From: Seison nebaliae
Taxonomy: Eukaryota
Assembly: GCA_023231475.1 (NCBI GenBank)
Contig: JALJEE010000712.1
Coordinates: forward strand, 1 to 64,000
Length of the DNA: 64,000 nt
Direction: 5' to 3'
The notes under the pieces were generated by a model, which was not told the DNA's origin, searched no databases, and was given only the letters and a program-made list of their open reading frames with translations. Positions 40,423-54,860 of this stretch are shown here, in pieces; positions within the stretch are counted from its first letter, which is position 1; each line of letters starts with the position of its first letter. Position numbers and translations under genes: made by a program.

Positions 40423-41332
40423 GAAAATAAATATTAATTTGTTGGATGGAAAGATGAATGTGTAAATGTTTGTGTATATGTGTGTATCTCTGTGTGTATC
40501 TCTGTGTGTATTTGTGTGTATTTGTGTGTATTTGTGTGTTGGAGTATGATTGAAAGATGAGAAGACGAAAGATAGAAGAGAAAAATTACGAGCCGAATAT
40601 TTGAAATATGGGGAAATGAAAAAATCGATTGGAAGAAGAATGAAAGTGACTTTTCAAATTCACTTTTCAACTATAAAAGAAAATTGCACATTTTCTGTTC
40701 TTCGGAGTAGGAGATTGCTCTCCGTCACCTTCGATTTGCTTGTTCTCATTTATTTGTTTATATGTATGTGTGTGTGCGTATGTGTCCGTGTGTGTGTGTA
40801 TTGTCTATGGAAATTGATTTCATTGTAAATATTTTAAAAGTTTGTTATCTGCATTTCCGTTATTCTCGATTGACCAGTAGAAGAAGATGATTGAAGATAA
40901 TAGTTAATGAATGTAAAATAATTTTGAGGAATAACATCTTCGAAAATTCTGTTTATTTAGGGCGGATGTTAAGTGCGTGTGCTTCTGTGTGTATCTCTGT
41001 GTGAACATGTGTTCTCTTTCGTGCTGTCATCTTGATTTTTGCGAATGGTGTTTTAGTTTATTGAAAAGTTGAATTTCCACCATTAACAACTCTATTTATT
41101 TATTCTTCTTTCTTTGAGAATTGTAGAAACTTTTAAAATTTTCATTCTTTCCCATTGAGTGAAGTTTATATTGACGAACAGATTGAGAGACGCTAAAAGC
41201 AAGAACTTTTAATTGAAATATAATAATTATAAGATTTGGTGGAGACTTTTGTTTTAGGGTTTTGTATTTGTTGATTGATCTCATCAATTAATTCGAATAT
41301 TTGCTCATTCGAATTCTTCTTGTTATGAGATA

Positions 41333-43161
41333 ATGTCTCAACTTATCACAAATAGTAATTCGAATAATAATGTCCCCAATACTTCTACTGTTGGTACGAC
41401 GTCGAATAGAGAAGGGAATTCATCGAAAACTGAAAGAAAAATGAATAATAATCAATCCAATAAAAAAAGACAACAAATGACTGGAAATAGTCCAATGAAA
41501 CGAAATAATAACAATAATAATCATAAGGCTGACAACAATAACAATAATAAGCAACGTTATCAAACAAATGCATCAACCACAAATAATAATAATAATTCTG
41601 GCACTAACAACAACAACAGTAATAATAATAACAGTGGAAAAGTGAATGGTGGTGGTGGTGGTGGTAGTATGAAACATCATTATCAGAATCAATCAGGTGA
41701 AAATTATTATCGTAAAGGTGGACATATTCAACAGAATAATCAACAGGATCGACAAAAATTGAGAAATTTATCAAATAAACAACAGCCAAATTTGAATACT
41801 AACCGCAATAATAAAATGCGTGGAAATAATAATAATAATAATAATAATAATTCTAAACAACACCACAACAACAACAACAATAATATTAATAATAATAGTG
41901 CTAATATGTCAACGACGTCGAATATGACAAGTGGAGTGAATAATTCCAACAATTTAATGTCAAATGAAATTTCAATGAAAGTTCAGAAGCAAACGGAATA
42001 TTATCGTGAAATTGAACATAAGAATAATGTGCCACCTTCCATGAACAACACCGGTAGTAGTACGAACAGTTCGAACGAGCATTTGATGAAACGACAGAAT
42101 TCAGGAAATACTAATGAGAATCATTCATCAACTCGAACGATGACGGAGAAAGCGATTAAAGTGAATCGAATTCAAACGAATCATATAACTAAACGGATAA
42201 ATGATGGATGTAAAGCACGAAATACGACAAATGTGACGACTACAATAAATAACAATTCTGTTCATGCTCCTCCTCACCATGGCAACGCAACTCAACTAAT
42301 GAATAACAACGTGACGAAGACGTTGAGTAATATAAATGTGTCACAACCTCCACCCGGTAAAGTAATGCCAACACACAGGTCATATTCATTGAAGAAGCAG
42401 AATGAAATGAAGATGAAACAGTCGATCTTTCCCAGCACAACCAACTTCACCATCGTACAAACCGCCCCTCCTTCTTCCAACGTTGTCGATGGTAATATGG
42501 TAACGAGTAATTCATTTGATAACAGTCATTCATTAATGACGAACAATTCATTGATGATGGAACAGACACCATCAACATTCAATTCTAAACCTACTATGCT
42601 CTTGGAGAATAATATAAATAGCAACATAATGACAACTAACAATCCTACGACATCATCCACGGTCGTTGGAATATCAAATTATCAGCATGCAATAAATCCG
42701 ATGGTTGTACGCAATCCGGATAAATCACAAATGCAACATCCGATGATCCCTAATGGATCAATAGATGGAATGATGTATCGCTCCTTGCCAAATGGTAATG
42801 AGATGAGTATCGATCCCAATACCATAAGCGAATGGTCGGGAATGAATGGTGTGAATGATGTTCATCCTTATCAGTTTTCTAATTATTATCCTAATCCTCC
42901 TCAACCTACCATCTATCCTATAACATTAAATAAACAAGATAATAATAATAATAATAATAACATTCAGGAATATCTTCAACAAAACAACAACAATAATAAT
43001 GCTAATAATAATAATAATAATAATAGTAATATGATGATACATATTGGTGGAAGCAATTCAATTGTCAATCAACCAATTCATATGAATCAAATGAATAATC
43101 CACAACTCGTCAATACTCTCGACAATAATATGACCAATAACAACAATAATAATACAAATAC

Positions 43162-43198
<37 letters not shown>

Positions 43199-44230
43199 CA
43201 TGTTAATAATTCAAATATATTACATACACAACAATTGATGGATCATGGAAATTCGTTGAATAATGGACAAACATATGCATATTGTATACCATCCAATTTG
43301 GTGTCGCCGAACGATATGATGGATATTCATCATCTTCCTCAACATTTGTCTCAACAGCCAAATCATCCCCAGTCCATCTTTCTTCAACAAATGCCATTCA
43401 ATTATCAGAATAAGAATCAGTTGCCAAATGGTAGTGACATGACATCCAATATTTACAATAATGGAGCGGACATCAATTCTTATCCTTTTAATACACAAAC
43501 AATGATTCATCATCAACCTCCCCAACCCCAAATCATGATGGATCCGACTTGTCAATTTCAGTTCCATATGGCACAACAACCGCCACCATTCACCGCTTTC
43601 TCTCAACCACCACCAATGATACAACATCAACCACAACACATCCAACACAATTCTTTTCCGAACATTTACGGAACGATGCCAAAATTTACATCCGAAATTC
43701 CTATTACTTCATGGCCGAACAATGCAACAATACTACAACAACAACAACAGCCAGGAATCACCTCATCAAATCAAGCGTTGCCGTTTGTGAAAAGTATGCC
43801 AGTGAATAATCCGAATTCACGTCTTCCAATGACTAACGATGTTCATGAAGGAATATCACCCATACATACTCAATCGTACGTTCCTCAAAATATTTCCGAT
43901 AACAATATCGATGAACGTCCATCTACAGTCAACGATCCAACTAATCTAGAACAAAATTTCAAAAAGAAACTAATAATTCCAGACGTTGGAAAATGTATCG
44001 AAGTGGAGATGTTAACAGGATCGAAACATTGTGGCGTTGTTCGAGAAGTAATGAAAGATATGGAAATGATTGTTTTACAATCAAAACCTGTGAATGGAGG
44101 TGATGATGGTTCAGCAAAAATTGATGGAATCAATGTACGATATATTGACAGAATAAAAATATCGAAAGAACTTCCTTCGAACGTCGTCCATTTGTATCAA
44201 GATCCAGCGATTAGTAACATTATTGAATGA
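41333..44230 (+). CDS. Intronless 965-aa N/Q/M/P-rich low-complexity protein with a C-terminal Sm-like (LSM12-type) domain
   Basis: Long ORF; C-terminal VGKCIEVEMLTGSKHCGVVREVMKDMEMIVLQSKP...INVRYIDRIKI resembles the LSM12 N-terminal LSm fold. Confidence 0.75.
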
Positions 44231-44909
44231 TTCAATTCTTATTCTGAACTTTTCAGATATATGAACTCTTCTCCAATTATTCTTTATCTTCTTCTTCTTC
44301 TTCTCTCTCACTAATTCTATCGAATACGAAAACATCTTTTATTGAAAAAAAATGATGTCTCTCTCGTTTTCTCCAATATCCATCAAGACCAAAAAAAAAA
44401 CATCAAAATTGGGAAGTTTATGTGATACGCAAATTATTCTTATGTAAAGTTCTAAGTTGTCTGTCCATAAGCAAAAATTTATATTTTTTACATTCTCCTC
44501 CCAACCAATCTATATACCATCAACATTGAATTTAGTAATCAAGTTAATATTATTATTCTTCATTAATCGGATTTAATACCATTATAAAACTTATTTCTAT
44601 TTCTTCTTCTTTCAATAATCTCATTATTTACTTGCAAGACAATTAATACAATCTATACATACAGATCTATTTCACGATATTTGTGTTCGAAAGGAATTTT
44701 ATTTTTTTTTAAATTAACAATTAACTGTGAGTAGGAAAGTTTAAGAACTTTTCCCGTTTATTAGGAATTTAGATAAAAGTTTTATGAGATTCACATTAAA
44801 GATTAAATAAATTGAAGGAAAATTATTAAAATTATTCCGTTCAAGAACAATACGAATAATTTTCATAAGATAATTTCAGAATTTTGCTTTTCACCCTATT
44901 GTGAAATCA

Positions 44910-46340
44910 TTAGATAAATTCAGATGATATTGACGATGGATTGGTGTTCACATCGAATGATTTCGTACTTTCTTGAATATCGTCATTATTCTCATTCGTT
45001 TCCTCGATATTAATATGAATTTCTTCAATGTTATTATTAGTGTTCGTTTCCTCACTGTTATTATTAGTGTTCGTTTCTGTAATTTTACCGAATGGACTCG
45101 TACGTTGAATATCAGCCTCGTCAATCGGAATGATGGTAAATGGTGCTTGACCTTCTCGTGGTAAATTTTTTATTGTACGACGTTTATTTGTAGTCATCGT
45201 CTTTTCGTGTTCAGGTGGAAGACGAACAGTAATATGTCTTGATTCGTCGTGACCGGTTGGATGGAGACTTCGCTCTCTCGGTATGTGTCGTTCATAGCCG
45301 GAGAATAATCCTTTCAACATTTGCCATGTATTGTACGTTCCAGTTCCGGTAACAGTCAATTGATTTCTCACATGTTGACCTTGTGCCATAATTGCGGCAT
45401 TTGAATTGTGAGAATTATTCGCATCATCGATAAACGATGCAGGTTTTGACATCATTCTAGTACATGCTAAAAGAATTTATTAGAAATAGTTTTCAACTTG
45501 AAAAAAATTTTGAAGATAATTTGAAGAGATTTAACTGTTACATCGGTTCGTTGAGAAAAGGAATACTCCAAATCCCATGAACATACATAGAAAGATGACG
45601 CCAATATAAATAGAGATATGTAGAACTGTCGCATGAGAACAATTGGAATCTTCATCGTCACTATTGTAACATTGACGAATACCGTCACATTTCACTTTTT
45701 CATCCAAACATATTTTCGACGAACAATGGAATTGATCCGATCCACATGATTTATCTGATCGACTAACTTTGTGGAATGAATGATAAAGATATTGACGAAT
45801 AAAAGATGATGGAAGGACTAACGGATCCGTAAACTAAGTATCTCAAAACGGAAAGATCGATAAGGCGTTGATGGTTTGATTTTAATCGTAATATAAAGAG
45901 GAGTATTATCGGAGAATTGTGCCTTGAAAAAGATTCGACTACGCATATAATGTATTTCCTGACCGAGATAGATGTTGATTGGAGCATCACTATAAATCAG
46001 ATCGTGTAGATGAATATCTTCGAGAATTTTCTGATTTAAACGAAATCTCTCAATTTCTTCAAGAGTAATTTAGAGAAACTTTCTCTTTCTTATAAGTGAC
46101 TGTCATTTTTTCATTGCGATGTAATTCCCCGTTCATCATATTTATCATAACATATCCCTCACTCTTGTATTCAGCGAGTGTGGGACGATAACTAATATTA
46201 CATACGAATTCATTCGATGCATCTGGATAGCTTTCAAAATACATGTTGAAACTAATCAAAGTGAAACAAATCGTTAACATATTATAGGAAAGAAGGGAAT
46301 GGTGACATCCGACTATTGACAAATTTTTACATCCGTTCAT
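44910..46340 (-). CDS. Single-pass membrane protein with one LDL-receptor class A domain
   Basis: Spliced frame gives CGSDQFHCSSKICLDEKVKCDGIRQCYNSDDEDSNC (45746-45639), then TM ISIYIGVIFLCMFMGFGVFLF and the 44910-45455 cytoplasmic tail. The 5' end is uncertain. Confidence 0.8.
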
Positions 46341-47013
46341 ATCTAATTCGGCTGTTGGACTAAAATAAAAATTTCATCAAATTCACATAAAGAACCTAAT
46401 CCTGGTTTAGTAATTTGTTCTGATCGGACTAATGTGAAGGAATGGTATATGAGAACAATGTTTAAAAGCATTCTTGTCACTCACTTGAACAATTCATACA
46501 AATTGTTGGGGAATATTGAAAATTCGGATTCCAGATATTATTTTAACTGCTACGAAATAAAATATTTGAAGAAATTCAATAAAAGAAATATAAACTCAAT
46601 CAATCACAACACGATCTTTCTTTCACTTATTACTATGACAATTTCAAGAATTTTTATAAATAAATTGTGCGCTATAAAAATAATTCGATTATATCTGATA
46701 AATAATCTAATCAAACCGAATTTTCATCAATTCTACCGAGTTTCGTGTTTAAAAAGACCATTTTTAATTTTTTGTTAAAATTAGAAAATTTTTATTCAAA
46801 AGCATCTTTTTTTTGAAGTGTCATCTGAATAATATCTTATTCAAAAGCATCTGAGAAGAAGAAACAGATAAGGATTTTTTCTTATGATATATTTGTATGA
46901 AGAACGATAAAGATAGAAAACCATCAAGTCAGTTTATATAATATAAAGTTTATAATTAGAAGTAAAAATGCATTTTTATTCATGGGAATAAAAAACTTTA
47001 TGAGAGTAAACAG

Positions 47014-47434
47014 CATCCCTAGTGTGAGTGTAACTCAAATTTAACTATTTTTTTATAAAAAAAAATGAGTCTATAAGATTTAGCCGATATTGACTTAAAA
47101 CTAACAAGTAAGTTAGAAAATACACCCAAAGAAAAAAATTGATAAAGTAATAAATAAAAGTAATAATCATTCTTCATTTCGATAAATTCTAACAAATTTT
47201 TAAGAGAAATGATTATGGAATTGAGCAAGAGTAATTTTACACATTTTCGGACAATTGACCAAGAATAGAGGTACTTATTGTTATTTTCATTCCAAATTTG
47301 TGAAAAGTTAGATTGTCCGAAAATTCCATAACCTCTCTTAAAAATTTGTTTTGAGTCAATGTCGACTAAATCTTATAGACTCTTTTTTTTTATAAAAAAA
47401 TAGCTAAATTTGAGTTATACTCACACTAGGGATG
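47014..47434. mobile_element. MITE-like foldback element with ~87-bp terminal inverted repeats
   Basis: catccctagtgtgagtgtaactcaaattt...gagtctataagatttag (47014-~47101) is the near-perfect reverse complement of ~47347-47434; no internal transposase. Confidence 0.8.
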
Positions 47435-48348
47435 TTTTTAACCAATTAACCAATTAACCAAATATTCGTATTTCTGAATCTTTTGAGTTGCGGTAGACTG
47501 CCCTATATAGATATCTTAAAAACGATTAGGCTAAAACATATCTAAACTTACCACGAACATTCTACGACTTATCTCAAGTTACAAGAGAAACGCAATTGTC
47601 ATCGTCAATGAGGAATTTATATATTATGATAAGAAAGGTTACATAAGTTCTGAGAGTTCTGCGTGGTATTGTCAACATTATAACACCTCTCAAACTTAAT
47701 CTCTTAAAATATACATGTATATTTTAATATGTATTTAGAATCAATTTTTCTTTCTTTAACTGATTAATTTACTTAAATTTAGTTTCTGTTTAATTTAACG
47801 AACTTAAAATGTGATTTTGATTTATTTTATTTAAAATTGAAGTTGAAAGTAACGTCGTGTTTTAAACAGTGTATGGAAACCTGTGTATACACTGTTTGTT
47901 CAACTCAATTTAAGGAAAACTCAAATTTAAGGGTTACTTCAAACTCTTTTCTTACAGGGCATAATTAGACAGAAGTTAGTATATATTTTATAAAAACCCA
48001 AAAGTGTCCGATTACGTTAAGTTTTTACTGTATAGATTATATACCTTCAAAAATTAAACGCCAAAAGGAGAAAGATGAGATAAAATGTTATTTAACTGAA
48101 ACACATACAAAGCTTCTTTCAAAGTTTTTGAGAAACGTTCATTCCAATCAACTTGATACGAACCAAGTCATTTCCCTTCATTTTGCCTTTTCCCACCTTC
48201 ATAATAATCACTTTTTCTCCTGTATCATTAAGATAAGTGCAATTTTATAACATGGGAAATGAAAGCTAAAGAACAATAGAATTATAAGAACTACAGATAT
48301 TTTTTATAAAAAACAAGAAAATGTCAGTAAATTTTGGTCCTAAAAATT

Positions 48349-49982
48349 CTACGGAATTACAGTAATCGGAACGGGAAGTAATGTTGTATCATCTCCAATA
48401 TTCCTTGCACCATCTACAATATTAATGAAACCATCTCCCATATTAATGGAATCATTTTCCATATGCATCGAACCGTTTCCCATTTGCATGGAACCATTTC
48501 CCATACCATTGTAGGCATTTCCCATTTGCGTAGAACCATTTGAACCGTCTCCCATACCATTTGAACAATTTCGCACTCCATTATAACCATTTTCAATTGG
48601 CATAGAACCGTTTCCCATATCCTTGGAACCGTTCCCTTTATGCATAAAACTGCTGTCCATATCTTCGGAACTATTTCCATTATACATAGAACCATTTTCC
48701 ATATTACTAGAACCATTTCCCATATGCATATAACCCGTTCCATTATCCTGGGAGTCATCTCCTTTATGTATTGAACAGTTTCCCTTATACATATAACCAT
48801 TTCCCATACCATCAGATCCATTTCCATTACCGTCAGTGCCGTGTCCCATATCATCGGGACCATTTTCCATTCCATAGGAGTCATCTCCCATACCATTCGA
48901 CCCATTTACGATAACATGAGAACAATTTAATATATGATTGGAAACATTTCCTGTTCCAATGACATTCTGGTCTGTGATAAAAGAACAATTTCGTACCCCC
49001 GTGAAATTATTGCTCATTTGTGTTGAACTGTTCTCAGTTAATAATATGGAAGTAATTTCGACACTTGTGGAAATATCACCAGCAACCGTTGAAGTACCTC
49101 TAATGAGATTGTTTATTGATTTTATTTGGGCATTGGCATCAACCTCCGATTGAATTCTAACTAAAATCCAGATAATATACTCGAAATAAATAATCAAATG
49201 AAATTAAACGCTCAGAAGTTTTAATCGTATCGGCTTCAATCCTATTCAAAATTGAACTAGTTTCAGAATTGCTAATTATTGTTGACAGGAGAGAGGAAAA
49301 AGCATTTACGTCTTTTTCTTTGATCGAATTGAAAATGGGGACGGAAACCTTTCGCAAATCCACTAGGAATAATATAGGAAATTTGAAAATGGTTCTTTTT
49401 GACGCAGCACATGTACTATTTGTTGTCCCTTTCATATTCTCGTCCATCTTTTTCGCTAATTCTGTTGCTAAATTTTCCCGTTGAGTTACACAAAAGGAAG
49501 GATTATCAAAGTTGGCATCCATTTCTGTTTTGACAACGGCGAACTGCTCATTTATAGGTAGATTTCTTACCAACGCACTTTAGATGAATAAGGAACAGTT
49601 TAATACAAAAATATATCATTGAATAACTTGTTCGCCGGAGCGATATCTATTCTCGCACTGGTTCTCACAGAAGTAGTAGCAGTACTAGTAACGGTTGATC
49701 CGATTGTTGTAGTATTCTCATCATCGGTTAATCCTTCAGAAACAAAATATTTAGAATTTAACGGTCAACTTAACAAAAAACCTACTGAAATGCCGACGGT
49801 AACTCCACTGGTAACTATCAGAATAAGCAAACTTGCTAGTATTGATATACTTGTTGAACTATGTGCAGTTTTACGCTTTCGTTTTTTTTCGTCATCCATG
49901 ATATTCCTACGATGAAATCATTGAACAATAGATTATTTTTTGTATGCGTTTACAACTATACGAACTTCGGTGAGACGATCAT
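48349..49982 (-). CDS. Type II membrane protein with T-rich stalk, 2-Cys ectodomain and C-terminal heptad-repeat tail (paralog B)
   Basis: 5 exons; MIVSPK|NIMDDEKKRKRK, TM ISILASLLILIVTSGVTVGISV|G, LTDDENTTT stalk, LVRNLPINEQ... domain; intron phases 2,1,2 as in paralog A. Confidence 0.8.
48385..48905 (-). repeat. Degenerate 21-bp coding repeat (xMGNGSx heptads, about 24 units)
   Basis: GMGDDSY GMENGPD DMGHGTD GNGNGSD GMGNGYM ... GMGNGSM QMGNGSM HMENDSI. Confidence 0.85.
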
Positions 49983-51491
49983 TGTAACTAATGTTAAATG
50001 TTTATGAAATTCGCTTAGTTCGCAACAACATTCGCAACAGTTTAAATAAGGATATCCTCTTATAATTAAAACTTAATTGTATATGTTAAGACAATATGTT
50101 CAATAATAGTTTAATCTAATATCTAATTTTAATTTAATCGAAATTTGTTCTATTAACATATCGTACACTCATTGTTTTAACGACTGTGATTTAATAATTT
50201 TCAATTATCACATCTCATTAATGTTAATTGTTCCTCAGTTTAATACTATTAAATTAATAGTAATAAAATTGAAAATTAAAAATAATCATAAAACAATTGA
50301 TTAAAGTTGTTGTTGAGTTAATAATTTACAATTATAACTACATTGTTAATTGTTTACTAAAAGAATAAGAATTAGAACACGTTAAAAATAGTACTGATGA
50401 GCATAGAATTTTTTTTTTCACCAAATAGTTCAATTAATGCCTAAATTGGTGGAAAACTCATAAACTAGAAGTCAAATGCAAAAATGATGATACATTAATG
50501 TATAAATGCGATTTTTATATGTAAAATTAAGTTTGATTTAATTTAATTTGAATTTATACTGTGATAAAAACTGAAATCCACAATATAGAATTCGACTATA
50601 GAAATTGGTAAAAAATAAGAATAATATCATACAAAACGACAATTCCGTCTTTCGTTATAATAATCCGCGATCTCAATCTTCGGCCAATCTTTTTCGGGAT
50701 TATTTTCAACTATTTAAAACTTGTTTCGATTTAAGAAATAAAAAGAAATTGTTACAACACATAAGATCAGGACCATGATAAAACAAATCTTTTAGGTGGA
50801 TAGGAATAGGAGATTCAATAACAACGCTTTAGACGAGTGCTTCTAAGACTTTCCGCGAGATGAGATACTTTCTGAGATTCAGCACAACTGTGACTTGAGA
50901 TATTATGTTGAGAAATTTAATATATTCTATTCAACATACTTCATATATAGATATTAATACTGGAAACGGTTAAAAAAACTTAAAACTTGAAACCTTCATT
51001 GAGGCAACTAGATGATGAGCCTAAGTTCTAAAAGTCTCATAATGTTTATTCTTTCTAAGATCAATGCAATGTGTCAAGTGAGAAAGACATGTGTCAGAGT
51101 TTGGCAGTTCGTTGTCACCATTAAAATTTGTTATAAGTTAATTGAGGTATTGAGGTATGGATTGTTCGTGGAAGAAAAAAGAATGTTCCAGAACATATTC
51201 CAAGTTGATGAGGAAGCTGAAATTTTAAAAATTTCCAACTAAAAATTCCCAAATCGTTCGACGTTTCATTCCTGTAGAATAATTTAATTAAAAAATTTGA
51301 AATAGCATGGTTTCTGGAAAATACTTCAAACTGAGATTAGGTGAGATCGATTCGTTTACGTTTCTTTAATAAAATATTTTTCTCAATTAAACCGTTAAAT
51401 GAGTAAAGATGATTTGTATAAAATGAAATTTATAAATTGTTTTCCATTTATCAGAATTTGATTTTAGTTGAAGTAAAGAATCTGAAGGAGA

Positions 51492-53099
51492 ATGGCGAAT
51501 ATAAAAATGTTGAATCCGAAAGCGGAATTGGCGAATGCTCGCGATGCATTGGCCATCAATATTTCGGCAGCTCGAGGATTGCAGGAAGTGTTGAAATCGA
51601 ATCTTGGTCCGAAAGGAACCATCAAAATGTTAGTGAGTGGTGCGGGAGATATAAAGACAACGAAAGATGGCAATTCTCTTTTGCATGACATGCAGATTAC
51701 TCATCCTACTGCTACATTGATTGCTCGAGTTGCCACCGCACAAGACGATCACACAGGAGACGGAACGACATCAACCGTCCTCCTCATCGGAGAAGCGTTG
51801 AAGCAAGCTGATATTTATATTAGTGATGGATTACATCCCCGAATCATTGCTGATGGTTTCTATAAAGCGAAAGATATCGCTATGAATGTCCTCAATTCAA
51901 TGAAATTACCAAGTATAAATGATGAGCAATTGAACGATATTGCATTGACAGCATTAAAGACGAAATTGAATGAAAAATTAGCGGAAAAAATGAGTTGTGC
52001 TGTTGTTGATGCGGTGAAGAAGATTGATGGAAAGAATGGAATCGATTTACATATGATCGAAATGATGGAAATGATGCATCGATCAGATATCGATTCTCGA
52101 TTAGTTAACGGACTTGTTCTCGATCATGGTGCACGTCATCCCAATATGCCGAAACATTTGACGAATTGTTACATTTTAACATGTAATGTATCACTCGAAT
52201 TTGAGAAAACAGAAGTCAATTCTAGTTTCTTTTATAAGACGGCTGAAGAACGAACACAAATGGTGAAATGTGAACGACATATCATCGATAAACGAATTGA
52301 GAAAATTATCTCCATTCAAGATCAATTGAAATTGAACGATAAAGATGCGAGATTGGTCGTTATAAATCAGAAAGGAATCGATCCAATTTCACTCGATCAA
52401 TTGGCGAGAGCGAACATTCTTGGAATACGTCGGGCCAAACGTCGGAATATGGAAAGAATTCCATTGGCTTGTGGTGGTGAGGCATTGAACGATTTGACTG
52501 ATTTAACTATCGATCATTTGGGAAAGGCGGGAAAAGTTTACGAACATGTCCTCGCAGAAAATAAATATACTTTCATCGAAGATTGTAAAAATTGTCAATC
52601 CGTCACACTTCTCATTAAAGGTCCTAATAAATACACAATCACTCGAATTAAGGAAGCATTACGTGATGGTTTACGTGCCGTCAAGAACGCCATCGATGAC
52701 AAATGTGTGATTCCAGGAGCTGGAGCATTCGAAATCGCTGCTTATCAACGAATCATGAAAGAGAAGGAATCGGTCAAAGATCGTTCACGTTTCGCTCTCC
52801 AAGCTTATGCGGATGCATTGTTAATTATTCCAAAAACATTGGCAGCGAATGCGGGATTAGATTCTCAAGAAATTATGTCGAATTTGTTATTCGAACAGAA
52901 GAAATTGAATGAAGACGATAAACCAAAATGTATCGGCATCAATTTGAATGATGGACAATCGATGAATCCAGTAGAGTTTGGTATATTCGATAATTATTGT
53001 GTGAAGAAACAAATGATCGATTCGATGGCAATGATCTGTAGTCGATTATTGTTGGTGGATGAAATGATTCGTGCCGGATTATCATCACTCTCCGGATAA
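51492..53099 (+). CDS. CCT6: T-complex protein 1 subunit zeta (intronless)
   Basis: [64 protein letters not shown]. Confidence 0.98.
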   Translation: MANIKMLNPKAELANARDALAINISAARGLQEVLKSNLGPKGTIKMLVSGAGDIKTTKDGNSLLHDMQITHPTATLIARVATAQDDHTGDGTTSTVLLIGEALKQADIYISDGLHPRIIADGFYKAKDIAMNVLNSMKLPSINDEQLNDIALTALKTKLNEKLAEKMSCAVVDAVKKIDGKNGIDLHMIEMMEMMHRSDIDSRLVNGLVLDHGARHPNMPKHLTNCYILTCNVSLEFEKTEVNSSFFYKTAEERTQMVKCERHIIDKRIEKIISIQDQLKLNDKDARLVVINQKGIDPISLDQLARANILGIRRAKRRNMERIPLACGGEALNDLTDLTIDHLGKAGKVYEHVLAENKYTFIEDCKNCQSVTLLIKGPNKYTITRIKEALRDGLRAVKNAIDDKCVIPGAGAFEIAAYQRIMKEKESVKDRSRFALQAYADALLIIPKTLAANAGLDSQEIMSNLLFEQKKLNEDDKPKCIGINLNDGQSMNPVEFGIFDNYCVKKQMIDSMAMICSRLLLVDEMIRAGLSSLSG

Positions 53100-53337
53100 A
53101 TTAATTATCGAATTTAAAGAATTATCTTTTTTTATAAAAAAAAATTCTGTTGATGAATTGAATGAATTTTTATTATTACGAATATTTTCCGTCATATTTT
53201 CCTTCTTCTGCATTTGTCGATTTAAAATTGTTTTAGTTGAATGTGGAGGAGAAGGGACTGTAAGAGAGAGATAATTTCAAAAGATAAATAAATTTCTTAA
53301 TATTTACAATAATTTTCAATAAATAAAGAAGGAATTT

Positions 53338-53918
53338 TTATGAATTTAAACGATGATGTTCATATGGAAATTGTTTAGATTGATGTGAATCGAAAATCGG
53401 ATGATAAGGGAGACGAATAGAAGGATTATTATTTCGACTTAATCGATTCTTTTTATTTCGTTCAGTCTTATTATCTGGAATGTTTTCATTCGAATCCACT
53501 TCCATCGATCGAGAAAGTTCTTGATTGCGAAGTTTATTTATTTCGATCATTTGTTTCTTCAACAATTCTAATTCGGATCTCAATTTCATATTCTCCGATT
53601 TCAATTGATCATTCTCATTCTCCAATAATAATTTATCTAAATACGCTTCCTCCCTCAATTCGTCAATGATCATTTCATAGTCTTCTGGAGAAATGGAATG
53701 TGAAAATTTATTTGTGAGAAACGAAAACTTTTCAATCTATCTTCATTCTTATCCGACGAATAAAGACGTTGAAGTAATTCTAGATTGGAAGGATTGAAGT
53801 AGAAACGGTTAAAGTTCTAACGTTGAAATTGAACATTTTTCAAGTCGATTTGTTTCCTTAAACCGCTCAATGTTTTCTCGTAATCTTTCTTCAAAAACTC
53901 CATTCTTTTCTTGGTCAT
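53338..53918 (-). CDS. Small coiled-coil protein of unknown function, 3 exons
   Basis: MTKKRMEFLKKDYEKTLSGLRKQIDLK...|QLLQRLYSS...|DYEMIIDELREEAYLDKLLLENENDQLKSENMKLRSELELLK. Confidence 0.55.
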
Positions 53919-54403
53919 TTCATCAGTTTCATCTCTGAACATTTTCCCACTTCATTAACTGGTTTTGAATGTTCACGAAGAATTTTTAAGAACTAAAATT
54001 TGTTTGATGAATTTCCTCAATTTCTGATTTTTATTCGATTTCCATTCAGGATATGAAAAAGAAATTTGAAAAATGTTTTTAATGGAATAAAATTTGAAAA
54101 GTAAACTTTGGTGAGGAATGAGGGACTGAGAGAAATATGGAATGATAAGAAGAAATATGATTTGGGAATACAATAAAATAATTTTATGTTCAGATGGAAT
54201 GATGGAGAATGATGGAAAGACAATGCGAAGAGAGAGAGAGGAACGATGTCAATTCATTGATTATTCCTATTGCACATTTCGACGTTTGATGTGAAAAGTA
54301 ACCTTGAGAATTTCTCAAAAGAAATGTATTATTCATTTCCTCTCTCTCTCTCTCTCTTTATCGATGTCTTCATATTGACAAACAGATATTAGACAATCGA
54401 AGA

Positions 54404-54860
54404 TTATAATAAAAATAAAATAAGCACAAATGAGAATAGGTAAAATTGAGAGGGAAATAATTTCTGATTGGATTCATTACAAAGCGAAGTTGAACAGGTG
54501 TACACACAGGAATAATAAATTCGCTCGTCATCTGGATATTTGATCTCTTGACATCGATTGTCCATATGACGCGATGAACAGAATCGTCTCGTGCCGACAA
54601 CACCTAAAAATGCAAACGAGAAAAATTGACATTAGCGAAATGGATGACGAACCTCCATAAAGTCCAGTTGTTTTGATACAGTACTTTGGCATATCCAAAT
54701 GTGAACAATTGGAAGCAGTAATCGATAATCGATTATTCCACTTCTCACCACAAAACACATCGTACCGACTGTCACATTCGTAACATGAACAATCGCAAAT
54801 AGGAATGTTATAGAAAAGGCTAATCACAATCCAGAAACATATTGTGAATTGCCGAAACAT
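54404..54860 (-). CDS. Ly6/uPAR three-finger protein (quiver/crimpled-like), probably GPI-anchored
   Basis: Signal peptide; CYECDS...CIKTTGLYG|GVVGTRRFCSS...YSCVYTCSTSLCN; hydrophobic C-terminus; intron 54652-54604. Confidence 0.9.

Noticed and set aside
46360..46560. Programmed frameshift (AAA TAA) in LDLa gene 5' exons
   Set aside because: The upstream exon is blocked in all three frames, so a 5'UTR is the simpler explanation.
48414..48905. Overlapping second-frame ORF (MVWEM... repeats)
   Set aside because: Open only because the 21-bp repeat lacks stops in that frame.
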